A stretch of DNA of 64,000 bases from Basidiobolus meristosporus CBS 931.73 (taxonomy: Eukaryota > Fungi > Basidiobolomycota). The DNA lies in contig MCFE01000336.1 in the NCBI GenBank assembly GCA_002104905.1, positions 28,259 to 92,258 of the forward strand. Direction: 5' to 3'. The translations under genes were made by a program, and so were the position numbers. Below, one piece after another: positions 48,145-59,008 of the stretch. The notes under the pieces were generated by a model. The model worked only from the letters and a program-made list of their open reading frames with translations, was not told the origin of the DNA and did not search any database. Positions within the stretch are counted from its first letter, which is position 1. Every line of letters begins with the position of its first letter.

Positions 48145-51100
48145 TGTTGTAAGAGTCTTAGAGATATTGGAAGTGATTTGGAGAACAAGTAGATTATGTG
48201 GTTTTCACTTAATGATTTATTGAATGGAAAAGTAGTATTTATACTTTTGCCTGGTCTTGGCACTACAAACACGTAGAATAGATTAAGAAAGGTCCCAAGA
48301 ACATGTGTGCAAAGTTTGGGGCTGTTTGGACAACTTTGAGAATTTTCATGTTCTGGGTACCTGGTATTTTGGTGAAAATATTCTAAGTAAATCCCAACAA
48401 GGAATTTGGTCAGTATTCTCTAGGATTTGAAGGTGATGATCCAAGTGACTAAGTTAGGTGAATATTTAGGTGGAAATATGAACTTTTACAACACTCCTAC
48501 TCAGCTAAATGTTCATACTGACTAGTCCTAGTTTTGACCTAAGATATTCAAACTTGTCTCTAGCTAATGGTTTGGTAAATATGTCTGCAATCATTTCTTC
48601 TGTAGGACAGTAAACTAAGCTAACTAGGTTATTCCCTATAGCTTCACGTATGAAATGATTTCTAGTATCTATGTGCTTGGTTCTAGCATGAAAAGTTGGA
48701 TTTCTACCTAATTGTATACATCCTTGATTATCTTGAAATAAAGTAATAGGCGTTTTTTGACATATGCCTAAATCTGTAAAAAGCTTTCTTAACCACATTG
48801 CTTCTTTTGTAGCTTCACAGGCTGCCATATACTCTGCCTCTGTGGTAGAAAGTGCTATGGTTGGTTGCTTTCTTGAATTCCATGAAATTGCTCCTTTACA
48901 GTAAAGAAAGGTGTATCCTGTGGTGGATCTTCTGTCTTCCAAATTTTGTCCCCAATCAGCATCAGAGTATCCCACAAGATCCTGTTCTAAATTATTATAA
49001 GTGTATCTTAAGCAGATATCAGCAGTTCCTTTTATGTATCTAAAAATTTGCTTAACTGCTGCAATATGATCAGATCCATAGTTCTGCTATGTTGGCTGAC
49101 AACTCCCACTGAATATGAGATATCTGGACGTGTTCCAAGCATGATATACATCAGACTGCTGACCATAGATTGATAAGGAAAGTCAGGGCTTTCAGATGGC
49201 ACCAAGCTCTCTTGATTTGGTTGAGTTTTGACCAAGTTAAGGTTTGTCTCCATTGGGGTAGCTGCCAGTTTACAGTCTTCCATTTTGTACTTCTTTAGTA
49301 TATCTTGAATATACTTGGATTGGCTTAGGGTAATATTCTGGGTACTTCTGTCTATGGAGAACTTAATCCCTAAGTAGTAACTAAGTTCTCCTAGATTGGA
49401 CATCTTGAACTCCTTAGATAGGCTGGATTTAGTCTCTTCCAATGTTGCTAGGTTATTGGCAGCTATAATAAGATCATCCACATATAGAGCTAATAGAACT
49501 GGATTTGCTCTATCTGGCTTATAATATATACTATAGTCAGCATTACTCCTTTTGAAACTCAAAGATTCCAAATAAGAATCTATCTTGCAATTCCAGGCTC
49601 TCAGTGATTGTTTGAGATCATATAGTGACTTTTTAAGCTTGCAGACCAAATGGGGTTTATCCTGGTCAACAAACCCATCAGGTTGGTCCATATACACATC
49701 CTCAGCAAGTTCTCCATTCAAAAATGCAGTTTTTACATCCATTTGATGAATAAAAAACTTATATTTGGCTACAATAGCCAATATTAATCTGATGGAATTA
49801 AACTTGGCTACTGGTGCAAAGGTCTCAGTATAGTCAAGTCCTTTTGTTTGACAGTATCCTTTGGCTACAAGTCTTGCTTTGTATCTTTCAATTGTACCAT
49901 CAACCTTGTATTTTGTCTTCAAGTCCCATCTGCATCCAATTGATTTTTGGTTGATTGGTAATTTGACTAAGTCCCAAGTTTGATTTTCCATCAGGGCCTG
50001 ATATTCCTCAGTCATTGCAGATCTCTAAAACTTTGTCTGAGGGCTATTTAGGGCCTCTTTTACAGTCTGGGGTTCATCAATATGGACTGAATAGGCATAG
50101 GCTAAGTTTGTACCCTCATTGATATAGTAATTTGGGCTACTTCTTGTCCAATTGGATCTCCGGGTATTTGATACTGGAATGATCACTTCTGGGATATTCC
50201 TGGGCACTGATACTGGCTGAACCACGGTTGTAGAGTCCTCTGGAGTGAAAAAATTTCATTGTTTTGCTCTGATTCAATCCTGACAATTGGTGGACTTGAG
50301 ATCAAATTTTTGTCATCATTGGATGTCATTTTTTGTGAAAATTTTTAATTTTCATCAAACAACACATCCCTGGACTTGATCAGCTTCTTTGCTTTGGTAT
50401 TGTAGAGTCTGTATGCCTTACTCTCATTGCAGTAGCCCAAATATATGCATTTTACACTTTTTGGCTCAAATTTTGACTGATTTCCAGCCAGTTTTTTGGC
50501 ATATGCTGTACACCCAAATATTCTTAGATGTTCTGCACTTGGTCTGTATCCATGCCATGCTTCAAATGGAGTAGAATCACAAAGTATTCTGTTATAACTC
50601 CTATTTTTAAGGTATCCAGCAGTGGCAACTGATTCCGCCCAAAAATCATAGGATAATTTTTGATCATGGATCATAGATCTTGCCATATCAATTATTGATC
50701 TGTTTGTTTGCTCTACAACTCCATTTTGCTGTGGGGAGTATGGTACAGTAGTCTCTTGCTTTATCCCATGAATTTTGCAGAAGTGGATGAAGAGTTTTGA
50801 GGTATATTCTCCACCATTGTCAGAGCGTACTTTCTTAATTTTTTCACCAGTTTCTCTCTCCATCATGGCTTTAAGCTCCCTGAACTTAGACAGAGCTTCT
50901 TCCTTTTTCTCCATGAAGTAGACCCATGCGTATCTTGTATAATCATCAATAAAAGTGATTACATACTTCATCCTGCCTAAGGATAAATTTTGCATAGGTA
51001 CACACAGATCTGAGTGAATTAGATCTAATTTTTTCTTAGTTTTGATTAACCCAGAGCTCTTGAACAGTTGTTGGGCTAGTTTCCCATATATGCAGGCTTC

Positions 51101-52824
51101 ACAGTGCTCCAAATTAGCTGGGGGATCAATTTTCACTCCAGAAATTAGCTGATCTTTGATCATTTTGCGCAAATAATCAAAATTGATGTGCCCAAATCTC
51201 CTGTGCCAAAGCATTGGTGTTTCTTCATTTAAGTTACTTATATTGGCTTCCCAATAAGATGGAATATAAGTCAACTTGTATAGATTATGATCTCTGATGC
51301 CCAAAGCAATATGGGCACCATTTTGATCAGTGATCCTGCATCCAGAATTGTCAAAACTGAAACTGAGTCCTTCTGCTGTAGCCTTGCTTACAGAGAGTAG
51401 GTTCTTGGCTATTTCTAGTACCTAGAGTACTTCTTTAAAGGTCAGTGTATGGCTTCCTTCACTGCTTCTAAGGTTTACTTGGATAGTTCCTTCTCCCACT
51501 GCATCAAGTGTTCTATTGTCACCCATGAAAACCTTCTTAATTGGAATTTCTTGATATTGGGTAAAAAGTTCTTTTTGGTGTGTAAAGTGTTGAGATGCTC
51601 CAGAGTCAATATACCACATCTGAGAATCCTTGTTTGTGGTCATATTTAGTGCAGATATGAACAGTCTATCTTCAGTTGTTGCAGCATTTCCATATTCAGG
51701 CTTCTTTTGCTGATTATCTTTCTTTTTGAAGCACAGGTCTGATGTGTGTCCTTTTCTTTTGCAGTAGTTACAAAACAGGTTGCTGTTGCCTTTATAGGGT
51801 CTTAGATACCTCCTTTGTTGGTTATCATTGCTTATTAAAGCATTTTCCTCTTCTTATTTGTGCTTGATTTTCTTGATTCTTCATCCGGGAGCCTTCCATA
51901 TACGTAATTTAAGGTCAAATCTTCAGTTCTGGACTCTAGGGCTGATACAAGGCCTTGAAACTTGTCTATCAGGCTATTCAGGATGGTAACTATCACATCC
52001 TTATCAGTAGTTGGTACGCCCACAGATTCCATCTCATCTACCAGCAGGGTAATTCTGTTAATTAGATTTTTCATTTCTTCTCCTGGCAGCATCTCTGTAG
52101 TAAAGAATTTTTGTCTGGGATACATTTTCTCAGCAGCTGAGCATGACTGGTAGGTGTCTTCTAATGCATTCCAGGCATTCTTTGCTGTTTTTGCTCTTGA
52201 GTATTGAATTAGCAATTTGTCCTTGACATTAAGGCAAATGCAGTTGAAGGCACTTTTTTCTTTCTTCTGGTACTTTAAGGCTTCCTCTCCCACATTTTTT
52301 AGGAGGGCATTCTTCTCCCATGACAATATCCCAAAGGCCTCTTTCTTGTAGCAGCATCTTCATCTTCACCTACCCCACTTGGTAGTTAGATCCATCCAAC
52401 TTTTCAGCAGAGGGAAAAATTCCAGTAATGGCAGTAGTAGACATTGCAGAGAGTGCCAGCTTGGGGCTCATAACCTTTTGTAAGAGTCTTGGAGATATTG
52501 GAAGTGATTTGGAGAACAAGTAGATTATTTGGTTTTCACTTAATGATTTATTGAATGTAAAAGTAGTATTTATACTTTTACCTGGTCTTTGCATTACAAA
52601 CACTGAGAATAGGTTAAGGAAGGTCCCAAGAGCATGTGTGCAAAGTTTGGGGCTGTTTGGACAACTTTGCAAATTTTGATGTTCTGGGTACCTGGTACTT
52701 TGGTGAAAATATTCTAAGTAAATCCCAACAAGGAATTTGGTCAGTATTCTCTAGGATATGAAGGTAATGATCTAAGTGACTAAGTTAGGTGAATATTTAG
52801 GTGGAAATACAAACTTTTACAACA
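48145..52824 (-). mobile_element. Full-length Ty1/copia retrotransposon (4680 bp) with 5-bp TSD AAATT; gag-pol broken by several frameshifts/stops
   Basis: LTRs 48145..48493 and 52476..52824; AAATT at 48140-48144 and 52825-52829; PBS 52463..52475; purine tract GAGTAGGAG next to the 3' LTR; order gag, PR (DSGAS), IN (LWHRRFGH, IHSDL, RSDNGGEY, PQQNG), RT (YVDD), RNase H (YSDADW). Confidence 0.96.
52463..52475 (-). other. Half-tRNA(iMet) primer-binding site GGTTATGAGCCCC
   Basis: Abuts the 5' LTR of the nested element; 12 of 13 nt match the complement of the yeast tRNAi-Met anticodon arm. Confidence 0.88.
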
Positions 52825-53198
52825 AAATTACCTATATGGATGGCTCCTGGATGAAGAATTAAGAAAATCAAGCGCAAATAAGAAGGAAGAAGAAAATGCT
52901 TTAATAAGCAATGATAACCAACAAAGGAGGTATCTAAGACCCTACAAAGGCAACAGCAACCTGTTTTGTAACTACTGCAAAAGAAAAGGACACACATCAG
53001 ACCTGTGCTTCAAAAAGAAAGATAATCAGCAAAAGATGCCTGAATATGGAAATGCTGCCACAACTGAAGATAGACTATTCATATCTGCACTAAATATGAT
53101 CACAAAAAAGGATTCTCAAATGTGGTATATTGACTCTGGAGCATCTCAACACTTTACACACCAACAAGAACTTTTTACCCAATATCAAGAAATTTCAA

Positions 53199-53594
53199 GG
53201 TTCTGGGCTGAAAAGTTTTTCTAGATGAAAACCAAAAACAATTTTTAAAAGTTTTGTCTTTGAGACTTTTGGTAAATCTTGATCTCTTTTTTGGATGACA
53301 AAAAATTTCTAAGCCAAAAAGTTTTTTCCAGATGCAAACAAAAAATTATTTTTTTATCTCAAAAGTTTTGTTGCTAAGATTAAATAATAGTATATTTTTA
53401 AGTTATACATTTAACATAAAACTTACACATTAATAATTATTGATATATGCATCTATGGTATAAGTTTAATAATACGAAAAAAAACTTCTTTTTGATGAAA
53501 AATTTTATTTTTACATATGAACAATGGTTACAAAAAGTAATTGTTGTAGTTGGGTTTGAATGTTTATACATTGTAAAATTTGACGTCCCAGGTC
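53199..53594. other. 396-bp very AT-rich insert of unknown origin in the gag-protease region
   Basis: Splits GAAATTTCAA|TTAAGAAGG (compare the intact copy near 51530-51555) with no duplication or loss; internal imperfect direct repeat AAAAGTTTTTT-C(T/C)AGATG(A/C)AAAC. Confidence 0.8.
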
Positions 53595-53624
53595 TTAAGA
53601 AGGTTTTCATGGGTGACAATAGAG

Positions 53625-53973
53625 TGTTGTAAAAATTTGAATTTCCACCTAAATATTCACCTAACTTAGTCACTTAGATCATTACCTTCATATCCTAGAG
53701 AATACTGACTAAATTCCTTGTTGGCATTTACTTAGAATATTTTCACCAAAATACTAGATACCCAGAACATCAAAATTCTCAAAGTTGTCCAAACAGCCCC
53801 AAACTTTGCACACATGTTCTTGGGACCTTCCTTAACCTATTCTCAGTGTTTGTAATGCCAAGACCAGGTAAAAGTATAAATACTACTTTTACATTAAATA
53901 AATCATTAAGCAAAAACCACATAATCTACTAGTTCTCCCAATCACTTCCAATATCTCCAAGACTCTTACAACA
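53625..53973 (+). repeat. LTR, 349 bp
   Basis: TGTTGTAA...TTACAACA, colinear with the other copies. Confidence 0.93.
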
Positions 53974-54100
53974 TTTTGAATGTCTTGGTCTAAATTAAGA
54001 CTGGTCAGTATGAATGCTTGGTGAGGTAGGGTTGTTGTGAGAATTTGTAAATCCACCTAAACATTAACCTAACTTAGTTAATTAAATCAATACCTTTAGA
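53974..54100 (+). mobile_element. Old copia remnant: pol 3' end, purine tract and start of a 3' LTR (54033)
   Basis: TTTGAATGTCTTGG...GTCAGTATGAATG...GAGGTAGGG-TTGTTGTGAG is homologous to the pol/PPT/LTR junction of the intact copy. Confidence 0.65.
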
Positions 54101-54109
54101 ATGCATCTT

Positions 54110-56179
54110 TGATTATCTTAATATAAAGTAATAGGTACTTTCTAAATGTGCTTGGTCCTTGCTTGAAAAATTGGATTTCTACCTAATTGTATTCATCCTT
54201 GATTATCTTGAAATAAAGTAATAGGCGTTTTTTGACATATGCCTAAATCTGTAAAAAGCTTTCTTAACCACATTGCTTCTTTTGTAGCTTCACAGGCTGC
54301 CATTTACTCTGCCTCTGTGGTAGAAAGTGCTATGGTTGGTTGCTTTCTAGAATTCCATGAAATTGCTCCTTTACAGTAAAGAAAGGTGTATCCTGTGGTG
54401 GATCTTCTGTCTTCCAAATTTTGTCCCCAATCAGCATCAGAGTATCCCACAAGATCCTGTTCTGAATCCTTATAAGTGTATCTTAAGCAGATATCAGCAG
54501 TTCCTTTTATGTATCTAAAATTTTGCTTAACTGCTGCAATATGATCAGATCCATAGTTCTGATTATGTTGGCTGACAACTCCCACTGAATATGAGATATC
54601 TGGACATGTTCCAAGCATGATATACATCAGACTGCCGACCATAGATTGATAAGGAAAGTCAGGGCTTTCAGATGGCACCACGCTCTCTTGATTTGGTTGA
54701 GTTTTGACCAAGTTAAGGTTTGTCTCCATTGGGGTAGCTGCCGGTTTACAGTCTTCCATTTTGTACTTCTTTAGTATATCTTGAATATACTTGGATTGGC
54801 TTAGGGTGATAGTCTGGGTACTTCTGTCTATGGAGAACTTAATCCCTAAGTAGTAACTGAGTTCTCCTAGATCCAACATCTTGAACTCCTTATATAGGCT
54901 GGATTTTGTCTCTTCCAATGTTTCTAGGTTATTGGTGGCTATAATAAGATCATCCACATATAGAGCTAATAGAACTGGATTTGCTCTATCTGGCTTATAG
55001 TATATACTATAGTCAGCATTACTCCTCTTGAAACTCAAAGATTCCAAATAAGAATCTATCTTGCAATTCCAGGCTCTCAGTGATTGTTTGAGACCATATA
55101 GTGCCTTTTTAAGCTTGCAGACCAAATGGGGGTTATCTTGGTCAGCAAACCCATCAGGCTGGTCCATATACATGTCCTCATTAAGTTCTCAACTCAAAAA
55201 TGTAGTTTTTACATCCATTTGATGAATAAAAAACTTATATTTGGCTGCAATAGCCAATATTAATCTGATGGAACTAAACTTGGCCACCGGTGCAAAGATC
55301 TCATTATAATCAAGTCCTTTTGTTTGAGAGTATCCTTTGGCTACAAGTCTTGCTTTGTATCTTGCAATTGTACCATCAACCTTGTATTTTGTCTTAAAGA
55401 CCCATCTGCATCCAATTGATTTTTGGTTGATTAGTAATTTGACCAAGTCCCAAGTTTGATTTTCCATTAGGGCCTGATATTCCTCAGTCATTGCAGATCT
55501 CCAAAACTTTGTTTGAGGGCTATTTAGGGCCTCTTTTACAGTCTGGGGTTCATCAATATGGACTGAATAGGCATAGGCTAAGTTTGTACCCTCATTGATA
55601 TAGTAATTTGGGCTATTTGTTGTCCCAATGGATCTCCAGGCATTTGATACTGGAATGATCACTTCTGGGATAGTCCTGGGCACTAATTCTGGCTGAATCA
55701 TGGTTGAAGAGTCCTCTGGAGTGAAATATTTTCATTGCTTTGCTCTGATTCAATCCTGACAATTGGTGGATTTGAGATCAGATTTTTGTCATCATCTGAT
55801 GTCATTTTTAGTGAAAATTTTGCATTTTCATCAAACAACACATCCCTGGACTTGATTAGCTTCTTTGCTTTGGTATTGTAGAGTCTGTATGCTTTACTCT
55901 CATTGCAGTAGCCCAAAAATATGCATTTTATACTTTTTGGCTCAAATTTTGACTGATTTCCGGGCAGTTTCTTGGCATACGCTGTGCACCCAAATATTCT
56001 TAGTTGTTCTGCACCAGGTCTGTTTCCATACCATGCTTCAACTGAAGTAGAATCACAAAGTATTCTGCCATAACTCCTATTTCTAAGGTATACAGCTGTG
56101 GCAAATGATTCTGCCCAACAATCATAGGATAATTTTTGATCCAGGATCAGAGATCTTGCCATATCAATTATTAATCTGT
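54110..56179 (-). mobile_element. LTR-less internal copia fragment (partial IN, RT, truncated RNase H), same family
   Basis: ORFs 55698..56162, 55189..55701 and 54304..55173 are near-identical to the nested copy; YVDD and YSDADW present. Confidence 0.92.
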
Positions 56180-59000
56180 CAATAACCTACCATAGTAAGC
56201 ATTATAAATAATGTTGTGGCATCACACAAAAGTGTTTATATAACACCATATCTCCTATGGCTTGACTCACTTTTACATATATGTCACCAAAAGATAAGGT
56301 AGAGTTGTCTAGTTCCCAACCACACCCTACCACTGACAGCAGTAGAATAATGGTTAGAAAACAGCTTGCTTCAACATTCTGTGCAACAAGCAAGGCTACA
56401 ACCAAAAAAGGCCATGTTTACAGTGCACCTACTGAATGTAATAATGAGGACTCCTCAGGCTCTCAGTGAAGTAGGCAGATGCAAATACATGCAGAGCCAC
56501 AAGCTGACCATAATTCTCAAGAGTGTAGCAAATTCAGTACCCTCAGTTGAAGCCAGCAAGTGGTTATCATAACATCACCATCATCCATATTAGCAAGGAT
56601 GCTGTCAGCTCACACCAAAGCATTAATGAGGCAATTAGGTGCAGCGGCAGATAGGATAGATGCAATGGCTCAGAGATATCAAGATATAGTCCAGAAACAG
56701 GATGAGTGGATAATACATGTAGAACAACCAATATTTCAGGTAGAGAAAGCAGTATCTTTGCTGCAAAGAAGGAACTCAAGTAGCTCAGTCTCAAAGCCAA
56801 GAATTGTGCCATTTCCCAATGTAACAGCAGAGGTGCACCATAGAGTCATTGAAGCTCAATAACAGTCCCAAAGATAAAGCCCACAATAGCCTATCACAGC
56901 ATAAGAGGGAGAAGCTGGAGTGTTTATATTAAAGTTTAAAGATCAAAAGCCATTGAAGATCTATGAAGCCATTGAGTGCAATGATGAAGAATGGGCTAAT
57001 ACTTGGGAGGCTATTAGAAGTCTAGCACACCAACACCCTAAGGGCAGCATACCATGGGACCATCAGGAACTCAAGGCAAAGCAGAATGAGCTTGACTTGT
57101 TCCATGAGCATTATTCTGCATTCAAGCAAGCAAACAGATTAAGGGTCAGCATTAGTATGCTAAAGAGGTAACTCAAATATAGCAATAACTATCAAAGGCC
57201 AAAGAACAAGGGTGCAATGGCTCAAAACCAGCAGCTTCCCCAAAAGCCTGTTACAAGCAGGGACAAAGGCTCTATACAAGCATCAAAGAGATATCAGGTA
57301 GCTGGAAGAGTGCCAACAAGGGACAAGCAGGAGGACACAGATGCACCAGCACAGCATTTACTACTGACAGTCAAAGCAACAATGTCAAGAACTCAAAAGG
57401 GTTTTACAATGCTTTCAGTGGAATTTTGGAACATTAATAAGCACACCAAGAGATTGCAGCACTTCTTCAACAGCAGTGCACAGGATAATAAACTTGAATA
57501 TTTCAAGCATTTATTGCAAAGACTAGCGGATGAGTTGTTAGACCTTATGGTGCCAGCTGAGGACAAGGACATTTAGGAACCAGTGAGCAAACAGTGGCAT
57601 AAAGCAGTAGTGTTCCTCCCAGAGTCAAGGAAACAGAGCATCACAGTAGAAATACCTATTGAGTGGTGGATCTTAAGGAGCTTCTAGCTGATTGTTGGGT
57701 TGGGCCTAATGTTAGTGTAGGGCTTAGAGACTGGCATAGGCCAATAAAACTGGCAATTGAAGTGCAACTGAAGTCTCAAGTGATATAAATCAATTTGTAT
57801 GCATGAAAGTAAAAGAAACAAATGAGTCAGTAAGTAGGGAGAGCAAAAAAAGGGTGGAAGCTCTTCAATGTGCACAAACATGGGATATAAATAAGTGTCT
57901 GGGATAAGAGAGTGAGGGAGTTAGCAGGGAACCAATCAAATGCCACTTATATATTGTTGTGATGAAAAATATTGCCCAGTTTTTGGTGAAATCTGGAGTG
58001 CATATTTTTGTGACAATCATTGCCTGGTTTCTTGATGGGATGAGTACCTGTTAGTCATGGGACTCTAATCTTGTGACAGCTTTTTAACAGGATCATCATA
58101 TTTATTTCTTATAGGTGCTAGTTAGGTCTGCTTGAATAAATGTAGACAACATCAAGACTGTCAATAAAACATGTAATTCTTGCCAAAAGGCTGTTTGATC
58201 ACCACTAAGCTTATTACTAAATTTTCTGTTAAAACAAGCAAAAAGCTGATGAGCTCCTAAAGCAATTGTATAGGGGGTCTTTGATTCTAAACTCCTGGCA
58301 CTATGATGGCTTCATATGTGGGATCCTGACAACTGATCTGGATTAGATCCACAGGCAGGACCAACTTACTATTCATAAGGATGGAGCAGGGGCAGCAATC
58401 TACACACCCAGCTTTATGTTTGTAGCATAGCTACACAAATTCTGTCATAGACCACTTGCATGCAAACTGTACAAGCACCAAAGCAGCATTGGTGATCTGC
58501 CTCTGGATAGGTATTTCTAACATGTCTACAAATGTCTTCCAATGCTTCCATTGCACTCTTGCCAGGAATGGCTTTCAAAGGCTATTTGAATGATTATGTA
58601 TCCGGTCCATGTTGGCATTTTATTGGCATTGCCGCATATTGGTATAATCACTGCATGGAGCTTAAAAGATGTGCTTTTAGCGGTGTGAACTCTGCAATAT
58701 CTTGGCAATTGCTTCAAATTTCTCTCATTTTCTAAAGGGCTCATTTAGTTTGAAATGCACTGTATACAACCTGAGCACTAGTTTATGGACATTGTTGAAA
58801 TACTTATGCATTGCTTCCAGTGGAGAACTCTTAGGCCAACAAATTAGCATTGTCACAGATAGTCCCAGTGTTTAAAATATGACACTGGCTGGGATACTTG
58901 TAGTACTACCTATGCTGTCTGTGTGCTTCATGGCTGAGAAGCTTGCTTTAATAGCAACATGGTTGTTTTTCCCTTCTCTTATGTCATTGAATCAAATAAG
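56180..59000. other. Decayed, CpG-stripped element of unrecognised type with residual + strand ORFs
   Basis: Tandem ORFs 56560..56862, 56920..57171, 57217..57576; about five CG dinucleotides seen in about 2.9 kb; no similarity to the copia family by eye. Confidence 0.35.
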
Positions 59001-59008
59001 TCTGGTCC

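Larger units (their letters stand above)
47228..53973 (+). mobile_element. Host copia copy (LTR-PBS-gag-protease start, pol missing, LTR), carrying two later inserts
   Basis: LTR 47228..47576, PBS, gag to 48144; resumes at 52830 in the same frame (TLNYLYGWLLDEE), CCHC knuckle CNYCKRKGHTSDLC, protease WYIDSGASQH; second LTR 53625..53973. TSD not confirmed, so pairing of these two LTRs is tentative. Confidence 0.75.

Noticed and set aside
53199-53594. Helitron or piggyBac identity for the AT-rich insert
   Set aside because: A^T target without TSD fits Helitron but TC...CTRR ends are absent on both strands; no duplicated TTAA and no true TIRs for piggyBac.
47223-53978. TSD for the host element
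   Set aside because: Flanks TTCTC and TTTTG differ, and the left flanking LTR does not resume on the right.
58370-58870. LINE-type RNase H (DG..GAA and TDS motifs)
   Set aside because: Motifs are about 160 codons apart, roughly twice the normal spacing, and in different frames.
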